From assembly GCA_016763735.1 (NCBI GenBank), contig JAESTE010000006.1, positions 778 to 64,777 on the forward strand: a DNA stretch of 64,000 nucleotides. Direction: 5' to 3'. The position numbers and the translations under genes were made by a program. Each line of letters begins with the position of its first letter. Within the stretch, counting starts at the first letter, position 1. The notes below the pieces were generated by a model. The model was not told the DNA's origin and did not search any database. It saw only the letters and a list, made by a program, of their open reading frames with translations. The stretch comes from Nitrospinaceae bacterium (GTDB lineage Bacteria > Nitrospinota > Nitrospinia > Nitrospinales > VA-1). This document shows positions 1 through 8,319 of this stretch, in pieces.

Positions 1-6
1 CACAAC

Positions 7-3000
7 ATGACCCAGGCTTCCGAGACATACGCCCTGAACTCCAGTGCAGCCTGGCCTTCCGTCTTTGTCACGGTGGTGGGCACAACCTACCGCGACGACC
101 CGCTCCTGGCGTGGGACAGCACCTATATTGGGATGTGTACCTGCGACGAAGGATGGGGCAGTCGCGACGGATCCTGCACCAACGAACTGTGCAAGGTGGA
201 CCAGACCACCGGCAAGGTGTGTGGACACGGACACTGCACCTACAGTGACTGCGCCAACTACAGCCGTGGGGTGTTGCAGCCCTACACCGGCAACGAGGCG
301 GCCTTGTGCATGGGCACGTGCAATCTGAACTGTGCCACCCTTTCGTTCGGCGTGGCGTGTGCCGACTGCAACGCGTCGTGCACGGGTGGAGGCCGAGTGG
401 TGAACCAGAGCTTGACGTGGGCCACGGCGTGCGACGTGGGAACCTGCACATGCTTTACTGGGTGGACCACGGACTCAGACGGGTTGTGCACCCAGAGGCA
501 GTGCCCGCTAGACGACGCCGGGCTGGAGTGTGGTGGACTGTTGATCGTGAGTGGGGGTGGGATAGGGGCAGCGGAAGTGGGACAGAACGTGTGCGACCGG
601 TTTGGGGAGGAACCTGTGTGCCAATGCTGGAAGGCCATTGCTGACTTGACGCCAAGCCTAGCGTTTGCCACAGGACACTACAATGGCGATCGGCAGGCGT
701 GTGAGATGCGATACAACCAGAGTCAGTCGTGTATCTACGGGGGCGGTGCTGCCGCATGCGACGGACACGGGGTATGTGTGGCCCCAGGGTGTTCCGCCGA
801 CGCCGCCCTGGGTTCGTGGGTGGGGTGCACAGACCCAGCTGCCCGCGCGTCCCGTCCCAGCTGTGTGTGCACCAACATGGTGTACGAGGGAGCCTGGTGT
901 CAGTTGTCCAAGTGCAGCAACGTGCTGGGGGACACGCCATGTCGAGCGATCAGCGACGCCACCATTGCCACTGGAGTGTGTACCCTACATGACGACGGGA
1001 CGGGTGCGTCGTGTGTGTGCAACAGCAACAGTAGCCACGCGTACATGGGGCGCAACTGCGAGATCGAGGCCCGGGACTGCTTGTCCATCATCCCTGGCAA
1101 CAACCTGTTGTGCAGCGGCCATGGCGTCTGCGACTACCACAACACCAGTGGCCCTACATGTGACTGCGACTCGGGGTACACCGGTGCCACGTGCCAGAAC
1201 GCCACCATCTGCGGAGACAACTGCCCCCACGACAGAGGACGATGCATTGACGGGATCTGCGAGTGCTTCTTGACGTGGGACAGCACCAATTGCACACAAG
1301 ACCGGTGTGCCATGTACGGCGCCACGCGTATCGACCGTGACACCTGCAACTGCACGGCCGTAGGAGGCATCATGTACCCTAACGTCTTGCGTGACGTGCA
1401 GCCGTACGAGTCCTTCAAGGGGTGTCGCAAAGCCTGTCCGACTGAACTCGAGGCCGGCAGTCCCTTCTGGGGGCAGGAGTGTGGGCCCTGGGACTCGTTC
1501 AACTACACCCGGTGTCGTACCGTTGTCCCTGTGAACTCCACCACCGCCGTCACGTGCAGTTGTGGACTGTCGCCAGGCCTCCATCCCCTGACAGGCCTGG
1601 CCAGCAGCTGGATCACCAAGAGCACAGGAGTGTGTTCCCCCAAGTGTCTGCACTGCCCAGAGGTGGGCGGGGTGTGCAACAGTACCCCTAGCGCGTTCGA
1701 CGGCACCTACTGCAACAAGACCAAGTGCACCCGGCCCCATTCCACGTGGAACACGACCTCGAACGAATGCCTGTGCAGCCCGTCGTGGATGTTCAGCAGT
1801 TCAGACAACTGCCGCAACAACGTGTCACGCTGCACCCCCTCCCCCTTTTCCATGGACCCGGTGGACGACGGGGGTCAGACCTGCCAGTGCACGTTCCCGC
1901 TGCGTTCGGACCTGGACCCTACCTCTCCTACGTACCGGTTGTGTGTGTCGGCATGTGGAGCGTACGGTAACGCCAGTACGACGGGCAGTGGGTCATGTGT
2001 GTGCGACCGGATCCATAGTGGGACTTGGTGCAACGTGTCGTTGTGCGCCAGTCCGTTCGAGCCCTCGCTCTACGAAGACATATGCGATTGTCACAACACT
2101 CCGCAGTGGACCACGCGTTTCTGCAACACCAGCCGGTGTCACGGTGGCTCCGCGCGTACCGGCTTCACACCGGAGAGCGGCTCCCGCGTCCCCGCACGAG
2201 GGTGTGTCTGCTACCCAACCTGGGAAGGCGAGTTCTGCGAGATCCATCGGTGTGGCCATGGATTCCCTGGAGGTACCGGACCAACCGATGCATGTGTGTG
2301 TGACGACGGGTGGGCCGGGGACGACTGCCGGACCAATCGGTGCGCGGCCGAGGGGTTGGTGGACCCGGTGGCACTAGGGGGAGGTAGCTACAGCTGTGCG
2401 TGTGGGCCGGCAGGGACCCTCGTCGGGGGTGCTTGTGTGGCCACCTGTGTGAACGGAGTGTTGCACTCCAACGTCAACCGCTCGGGGTTGGTGTGTCTGT
2501 GTGAACCCCCTTGGTTTGGGGACACCTGCAGCCAGCATCCCTGTACAGACACCACACGGATGCAACCCACGGTGGTGGGCGCAACATCTGGTCCGTACGT
2601 GTGCAAGGACAAGTACATCAACGACGGCAGTGTGGCGTGTACTCGAGGCCTGTCTTGTGCCCAGTTCACTGCACGACATACCCAGTGGAAGCAGGACTCG
2701 ATCATCCTTGGCAACCGTACCTTCATACCGTCGCGTGTGTCCCAGCCCATCCAAAACCCGTTCAGCGAATTGGCGGCTGTCCCGTGCGGTTGCGACGACA
2801 GCCGGTACATCCCGTGGTCCATGGGCACGGTGTTTGTGGGGTGTGTGTTGGATTGTGTAGTGGCCAACCTAGACCCGAACCCCGATGCGTACGGCACGAC
2901 GATATTCGCTGACTACTGTGTGTGCAACCCCAACATAACATTTGCGAAAGGGGGCCAAGGTGATCTGTGCATTGGGAGTTTGACGCATCTGGCCGTGGCC

Positions 3001-3159
3001 GCCGGGGTTGTCCCCGCAGGAGTACGGGAGGATGTGCTTCGCTCTTCCCTGAAGACCTGGGAATGGAGCGTGTTGGGGGGTACCCTCCTCGTGTTTTCTG
3101 TTGTGGTCACGGTGGTTCGATACTGTCGGCGGCCTCGCTTGCCCCAGTCCAGTAAATAA
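7..3159 (+). CDS. EGF-like cysteine-rich repeat type I membrane glycoprotein (N-terminus probably upstream of the window)
   Basis: 1050-aa ORF. It has at least 10 tandem EGF-like modules, e.g. CTCDEGWGSRDGSC, CDCDSGYTGATCQNATIC, CVCDDGWAGDDCRTNRC, CLCEPPWFGDTCSQHPC. Many N-x-S/T sites. One C-terminal hydrophobic span (LGGTLLVFSVVVTVV) is followed by a basic tail RYCRRPRL. There is no signal peptide after Met at 7 and the frame is open back to base 1. AATAAA (3155-3160) overlaps the TAA stop. Confidence 0.75.
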   Translation: MTQASETYALNSSAAWPSVFVTVVGTTYRDDPLLAWDSTYIGMCTCDEGWGSRDGSCTNELCKVDQTTGKVCGHGHCTYSDCANYSRGVLQPYTGNEAALCMGTCNLNCATLSFGVACADCNASCTGGGRVVNQSLTWATACDVGTCTCFTGWTTDSDGLCTQRQCPLDDAGLECGGLLIVSGGGIGAAEVGQNVCDRFGEEPVCQCWKAIADLTPSLAFATGHYNGDRQACEMRYNQSQSCIYGGGAAACDGHGVCVAPGCSADAALGSWVGCTDPAARASRPSCVCTNMVYEGAWCQLSKCSNVLGDTPCRAISDATIATGVCTLHDDGTGASCVCNSNSSHAYMGRNCEIEARDCLSIIPGNNLLCSGHGVCDYHNTSGPTCDCDSGYTGATCQNATICGDNCPHDRGRCIDGICECFLTWDSTNCTQDRCAMYGATRIDRDTCNCTAVGGIMYPNVLRDVQPYESFKGCRKACPTELEAGSPFWGQECGPWDSFNYTRCRTVVPVNSTTAVTCSCGLSPGLHPLTGLASSWITKSTGVCSPKCLHCPEVGGVCNSTPSAFDGTYCNKTKCTRPHSTWNTTSNECLCSPSWMFSSSDNCRNNVSRCTPSPFSMDPVDDGGQTCQCTFPLRSDLDPTSPTYRLCVSACGAYGNASTTGSGSCVCDRIHSGTWCNVSLCASPFEPSLYEDICDCHNTPQWTTRFCNTSRCHGGSARTGFTPESGSRVPARGCVCYPTWEGEFCEIHRCGHGFPGGTGPTDACVCDDGWAGDDCRTNRCAAEGLVDPVALGGGSYSCACGPAGTLVGGACVATCVNGVLHSNVNRSGLVCLCEPPWFGDTCSQHPCTDTTRMQPTVVGATSGPYVCKDKYINDGSVACTRGLSCAQFTARHTQWKQDSIILGNRTFIPSRVSQPIQNPFSELAAVPCGCDDSRYIPWSMGTVFVGCVLDCVVANLDPNPDAYGTTIFADYCVCNPNITFAKGGQGDLCIGSLTHLAVAAGVVPAGVREDVLRSSLKTWEWSVLGGTLLVFSVVVTVVRYCRRPRLPQSSK

Positions 3160-3219
3160 ATAATCTGGTACTGTGTATTCGCTGAGGAACGCGCTCCAGT
3201 GCACACACACCTGTATACC

Positions 3220-6200
3220 ATGACAATTGGGAAGTCAATCGCCTCCGTGCACGCGGCGGTGTGCATCTGCTGGCTAAGTGTGCTACTGGGAATCCATCTA
3301 ACAGAAGGGTTCGAGATAATCTCGCAGGTGTCGAGCACAGAGGTGGTCAACGGCAATAGCCGCCTGGTGCATCGGGCCACCGTGCGGTGTACACAGGACG
3401 ACACCGGAACCCCCAACATCATAACCTTCCAAGACGCGAACAGCGGGACTGCACGTACCGTTACGTTCCTGTGCGAGCAGCCCTCGTACCGGTACGGGAA
3501 CTTTAAAACGGAGTATATACCAGAGGCCCAGTACCCGGTGATCTCCCGGGTGTGCCTGGTCCATGTGCACACCAACAACAGCGTTCTGAAGACAGACAGT
3601 GGGGGTGACGCGGACAATGGGGTGCAACAACCTCCGTTCCGTCGCCGTTTGCTGGGGACTGGGGGTGGGGATTACGACGACACGTTGCTCGACCCTGCAG
3701 TGGTACGCCCAGGGGCACGCCGGCTCTTGCTGTCCAACCAGGCCATCAACGGGATAGGGGTCCTCCTTCCTCGCGCAAAGGATCTGATCTGTACGTTCGG
3801 CGGGTGCCACAACGGCCTGCAAGACTTGAAGCAAGCCATGGCCATCATCCGGGCACGGCTAGACAAGATGACGGTCCAGTTCGGGACTATGACCACCGAG
3901 TTGGACAAGAACCGGTTGTTTGACCAAGACGTCTTGCGCCGCGACGAGATGACCGCTGACCAGATCGGGTTTATCCAGCAGGCGACTCTGCGGACACAGG
4001 GCGTGTTGTCTGGACTGAATGACGACATCGTGGATTTGGTCACGATCCAGGACGCATACGCCAATTCAACCAACCGTAACTTCGCTGCCCTGAAAGCACA
4101 GGTGTCCGCGAACGCCAATCTGAGCCGCACCGAGTGGAACGCCACGGTAAACTTCATGACGGAGACCACGCGTCGGTTCTACGAGATCGTGCATCGCATT
4201 GGAGGGGTGACGAGACAAGTCACGTCGATCGAAGTACTGCTGATGAGCATGTACAAGCAAGTGGAGATGCGGCGGTCTGTTATTTCACTGTTCCACGAGG
4301 TCTCAACGGTGGCAACGCCCATTGCAACCACGCCCTTCTTGGGGTATCTCGGGGAGGCGCCGTACACAGAAGCCCAGCTCAATGCTCTGGGCAATCGGAA
4401 CAGTGCCAGGCGTGTGGCCAGTGTATACTTGGAGCGTACGGTGCTGCGAGGAGGCACGGATTACTGGGCCCAATGGATCAACTTGACGTACGCCTGTGAC
4501 CCCAGGTATATCATCCAGAACATTGTACCGTTTCTGTCTGTCGAGGCCCTGTTCGGTTCGATTGGGCCGGGGGGGTGTTACAGTGGTTCTCCAGCGGCTC
4601 CGTGGACTTGCAATTGTGTCATCCTGGTGGAGACCGAGGAGTGCTTGGTCACGTCGCATCCGTCTCGGCGGTTTCCGTGGAGTTGGCCAGTCAACACGAC
4701 CTACCTCTTGCCCATGAACCCTGGGTCGTGCGGCTCCGGGGACGACTTGGTCCCGGGGTGCCAGAGCAAGTGCACATTGCCAATCGTGCATCGTGCCCCA
4801 CTCGTGCTGGACAACCGGGTTGGAGTGGAAGCGTACATGTCTGGCCTCTGTTCCGGGAGCGACGGGGACGTGGCGTTACCTGACGTCTCTGCCACCGCTA
4901 CTGTGCCCCCTGCCAAGGTCCGCATCTACTCCATGCTGTACGGTACCTACTCCGACTTGACATTGGACCCCGCGGTGGCCGGATCGGACGTGTGTTCGGG
5001 CGAGTTTGCTGTGGAACACCGGGCAGGACAGAACGAGGCGCTGTTCCTGGGGTACCACGTGTACTACATGTGGTTGCTCATGTACCAACGCGGAGTCAGC
5101 ACATGGATCCCCGAGGTCGAAGAACTGTTGATGGGCAAGGTCGCGTCCAACCTGTACTTCAGGGAGGTGCCATTCGACGTCGACGCCAAGTACCAGCAGA
5201 CCCACCGGTGTACTGAGTTCGCGTTCGCCAGGACCACGTCCACCAAGCTTCCGGTGTACGTTGACATCCTGAACAGTGTGCAGACCAGCATGCAGGTGAC
5301 GGTGGGAACCCAGTTGATCCAGGGCCCGCTCACTGCCTCGCCCGTGACGTCGTCGCATAGAATATCCATAGCGCTGAATGGGCTGACGTCGGGTGGGAAT
5401 GTTACAGTCACGACCGCCATCGACCTTAGCAACAATGTGGTCAACGTATTGCCGGGGTTGTTTCGGCGGGTGGGGCTATGGCGTGGCCCCACCAACTTGG
5501 AGTCTACATGGGACGTTCCAGGCGAGCAGCTGTGCCCTGGCGAGTTGCCACAGTCACGTGCCGCGTGTATGAACTACATATCCCAGGGCGCGAACTGGAC
5601 CGGCGTGACCGATTCATCGCCCATCACCATCGAGGAGTGGAAGTCCAATTACCACGCCTACTTCAATCCGCACAACCTGGGAGACAGTCCCAGTTCGTAC
5701 CGCAGGCAGTTGTTCACGTCCGGGACCCAGGCCACGTGCAGCGGTTCGTACGACATCGACGGAACCCCCATCGCCACCACCACGTCGGAGAACTTCTGGT
5801 GCGAGATCTTGCGCAACTACGACGTGAGCACGGTGGGCGCAGACCAGGAGGAGATGTGGTTCAAACCTCGAGCCTTTGCGTACACCACCACCGTGGAGGT
5901 TCCAGGCGGTTCGTTCATACAGAGGTTGACCAGCTTCTGCCCCAGTTCCTTGCGCGTCGTGGAGACAGCAGGGGACGTGCACGTGGAGCTGAACACCACC
6001 GTCCCCGAGCTTATAACCGTGCGGATCAAGGTGACCAGCCGGGACCTGCCCAGCGACCCGGCATGTGTGTTCCATGACCAAGACGATACTATGTCCATCA
6101 TCAAGCCCTTCAGACTGGATATCCCCTTCAGTGCATTGTGTAGTCCGTACATGCTGAACGTACGGCCGGTGGACAGTACTCAATGGTGTTATGGAGTCGA

Positions 6201-7155
6201 GGGGCGGGTCATCGACAGCAGCCACGTCATCGAAGACGGGTCCGGGGTGCCGGGCCCGGTACAGATCGCCATCTCCTACTCGGAGGACCGGGTGCTAGAC
6301 GACCTGTTGAACCAATTGGCCACGTCGGAGGCCTTCAGCTGGAACCTCACCCAACTGCAGTTCAGTACGTTGTCGGATCAGGACCTGGACGCACACATCA
6401 CCACCATGGAGACCGACCGAATCAATTCCATTGACAAAATGAAGCTGGGCACAGGAGCGTACGCCAAGATCATCGCCGCCGCCAAGGCCCGGATCGCCGC
6501 CAACGTAGCGGCAGCCCGCAAGGCCATTGCCAAGAGTCGCAGTGACATCACCCACTCGATTGGGCTGAACCTGGCGATCGCCAAGTTGGACCACAACATG
6601 TCCAGGGTGGTGGAGCAGCTGGTTGCCTTGGGGTTGCTGGGCGACGAAGAGCAGGCCAACGGGACGGTGCAAGAGAAGAGGCTGGACGCCATCATCCAGA
6701 GGTTCCTGGACTCTGGCAACCCACACAAGTGTGGCTTCCTGTCGTTCCTGTGCGACATCTTCCATTCACTGTTCGGTGGCATCTTCGGTGCACTGTTCGA
6801 CGGGATCAAGAACTTTATCTTTATGGTCATCATGCTGGTGCTGATGGTGTTCGTGGGCAAGATCATGTTCAAGAAGTGCATGAACCACCACAGCAGCGGC
6901 GGATCAGGAGGCGCCACAGGCGGACCAGTCATGAACTACACCCCTTGGTCGCCGCCACCGGCCACAGCCGCAGCCCCGCTCAGCACAGAACAGATCCATG
7001 GCCCGCCCAAGATCACTCGCGTGGACGGGACCGTGGAGGGCGATCCAGGGGAAGGCGCATCACTTCTCGCCAAGGATCCAACAGCTCCTGCTACCGGCGG
7101 GTTCATGGAGATGCTGCCCCTCCAAGACAGCGCTGACATTCACTTTGATTCTTAA
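3220..7155 (+). CDS. large type I envelope-like glycoprotein (possible fusion protein)
   Basis: Track ORF 3199..7155 begins with GTG. The first ATG is at 3220 (taccATGa). Signal-like SVHAAVCICWLSVLLGIHL. Large ectodomain with many N-x-S/T sites. Two long helical/heptad stretches at about aa 200-370 and 1040-1130. TM segment IKNFIFMVIMLVLMVFVGKIMF. Pro-rich cytoplasmic tail containing PTAP (7078-7089). Confidence 0.6.
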   Translation: MTIGKSIASVHAAVCICWLSVLLGIHLTEGFEIISQVSSTEVVNGNSRLVHRATVRCTQDDTGTPNIITFQDANSGTARTVTFLCEQPSYRYGNFKTEYIPEAQYPVISRVCLVHVHTNNSVLKTDSGGDADNGVQQPPFRRRLLGTGGGDYDDTLLDPAVVRPGARRLLLSNQAINGIGVLLPRAKDLICTFGGCHNGLQDLKQAMAIIRARLDKMTVQFGTMTTELDKNRLFDQDVLRRDEMTADQIGFIQQATLRTQGVLSGLNDDIVDLVTIQDAYANSTNRNFAALKAQVSANANLSRTEWNATVNFMTETTRRFYEIVHRIGGVTRQVTSIEVLLMSMYKQVEMRRSVISLFHEVSTVATPIATTPFLGYLGEAPYTEAQLNALGNRNSARRVASVYLERTVLRGGTDYWAQWINLTYACDPRYIIQNIVPFLSVEALFGSIGPGGCYSGSPAAPWTCNCVILVETEECLVTSHPSRRFPWSWPVNTTYLLPMNPGSCGSGDDLVPGCQSKCTLPIVHRAPLVLDNRVGVEAYMSGLCSGSDGDVALPDVSATATVPPAKVRIYSMLYGTYSDLTLDPAVAGSDVCSGEFAVEHRAGQNEALFLGYHVYYMWLLMYQRGVSTWIPEVEELLMGKVASNLYFREVPFDVDAKYQQTHRCTEFAFARTTSTKLPVYVDILNSVQTSMQVTVGTQLIQGPLTASPVTSSHRISIALNGLTSGGNVTVTTAIDLSNNVVNVLPGLFRRVGLWRGPTNLESTWDVPGEQLCPGELPQSRAACMNYISQGANWTGVTDSSPITIEEWKSNYHAYFNPHNLGDSPSSYRRQLFTSGTQATCSGSYDIDGTPIATTTSENFWCEILRNYDVSTVGADQEEMWFKPRAFAYTTTVEVPGGSFIQRLTSFCPSSLRVVETAGDVHVELNTTVPELITVRIKVTSRDLPSDPACVFHDQDDTMSIIKPFRLDIPFSALCSPYMLNVRPVDSTQWCYGVEGRVIDSSHVIEDGSGVPGPVQIAISYSEDRVLDDLLNQLATSEAFSWNLTQLQFSTLSDQDLDAHITTMETDRINSIDKMKLGTGAYAKIIAAAKARIAANVAAARKAIAKSRSDITHSIGLNLAIAKLDHNMSRVVEQLVALGLLGDEEQANGTVQEKRLDAIIQRFLDSGNPHKCGFLSFLCDIFHSLFGGIFGALFDGIKNFIFMVIMLVLMVFVGKIMFKKCMNHHSSGGSGGATGGPVMNYTPWSPPPATAAAPLSTEQIHGPPKITRVDGTVEGDPGEGASLLAKDPTAPATGGFMEMLPLQDSADIHFDS

Positions 7156-8258
7156 CGCGCGGGTTTTACTTTGCTCAGCCTCGAGACCCTCCCTGCCACA
7201 TTCTGTGCCCTCCTGTTGGTGCAGAACCACCCGACCGCCACCACGATAAACGTGGCCAGTGCCCCCGAGATGATAGCCAGCGCCCACATGGAGGTGTTGC
7301 TGTTGACAGGCGACGACGGTACGCGTACCACATGCACCGCGTTCAGGTCGTGTGCGCATTGCAATGAAGTGTAGTTCCACACACATATTCCGTTAAAGTG
7401 TCCGGCACATGCCCCCGCGCTGTAGGCGTTCGAACACCCGCCCAGGTGTGGGTCCACGTCACACATACGGTCCGACCCAGCGTTGCTCTGGCACCCGTCC
7501 AGTTGGTAGCAGATGTTTAGGCACTCCGAGTCGTCGTCCACACACGGCGCCCCCATCACCATGGCGTAGGCATTGTTGCACCCTTGTCGCCAGCTCTCGT
7601 CACGGGCCAAGGTGGTCACGGGTGCCGGGTGGCACAAGAACAGCTGATTGTCAGGCACACACCCCGGGGTGCTGGCACACTGAGTAGGGTCGAGGTCAGA
7701 CCACCCACAGTCTTCGTTGGACGCAGACAGACCGTAGCACGACTGAGTGGCCTTGCGCCACACACACCCGGGCGTGGACTCGCAGTAATTCATGGAACGG
7801 AAGGACGGACACATCTGTGCGTACCGTGGCGTGCAGTACCCCTGGATGCTGTCCCACTGGCACCGTGGGTCCGGGGGAGGAGGAATCATGTCTGTGTCCC
7901 CGTTCATCACCACCCCCAGGCAGTCCACGATCGAGGAGAAGGGCATGCTGTACACCGACGGGTGGCGGGCACGGCACACCGAGAACCAAGGGTGAGACGT
8001 GTTGGTGGCGTGACACACGTCCTCGTAATCGTCCCACTGGCACTCGACGCCGTGTGTGCAGCGGGTCCAGTCCAGCCGCGCGGAGCAGTCGTCTTGGGGA
8101 AACACACACACCCCAGTCGAGGTGTACGCGCATTCAGGGTGCAAACGACACAGTGCCGGGTTGTCTGAGAAGAGGGCGCATCCGGCGGCCGCGTGCGTGG
8201 ACACGGGTAGCCACAAGGTCAGCCACACCGCACCCCACCACCAGTGAAGAGGGGTCAT
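7152..8258 (-). CDS. cysteine-rich type I membrane glycoprotein
   Basis: The track ORF starts with TTG at 8264; the first ATG is at 8258. Signal peptide LHWWWGAVWLTLWLPVSTHAAAG. Repeated C-x(5-7)-C-x-W...C units (ECQWDDYEDVC, RCQWDSIQGYC, GCVWRKATQSC, GICVWNYTSLQC). TM WALAIISGALATFIVVAVGWF with a basic tail. Its stop codon overlaps the stop of the convergent gene within TTAA (7152-7155). Confidence 0.65.
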   Translation of the reverse strand: MTPLHWWWGAVWLTLWLPVSTHAAAGCALFSDNPALCRLHPECAYTSTGVCVFPQDDCSARLDWTRCTHGVECQWDDYEDVCHATNTSHPWFSVCRARHPSVYSMPFSSIVDCLGVVMNGDTDMIPPPPDPRCQWDSIQGYCTPRYAQMCPSFRSMNYCESTPGCVWRKATQSCYGLSASNEDCGWSDLDPTQCASTPGCVPDNQLFLCHPAPVTTLARDESWRQGCNNAYAMVMGAPCVDDDSECLNICYQLDGCQSNAGSDRMCDVDPHLGGCSNAYSAGACAGHFNGICVWNYTSLQCAHDLNAVHVVRVPSSPVNSNTSMWALAIISGALATFIVVAVGWFCTNRRAQNVAGRVSRLSKVKPAR

Positions 8259-8319
8259 GCGCAAGGAGTTAGTACACAGACATGTTAAGGTTGATTTACT
8301 AAACGGCCCAACCCTTGTG

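Noticed and set aside
985-1740. Long antisense or off-frame ORFs throughout the track. Examples are 985..1740 (-), 10603..11787 (+), 15169..16137 (+), 32707..33549 (-), 57495..58796 (+), 61081..62718 (-) and 62256..63230 (+).
   Set aside because: They overlap longer ORFs that have coherent protein-like sequence. They are Arg/Pro/Gly/His-rich, as expected for shadow frames in GC-rich DNA, and often begin with non-ATG codons. They are treated as non-coding.
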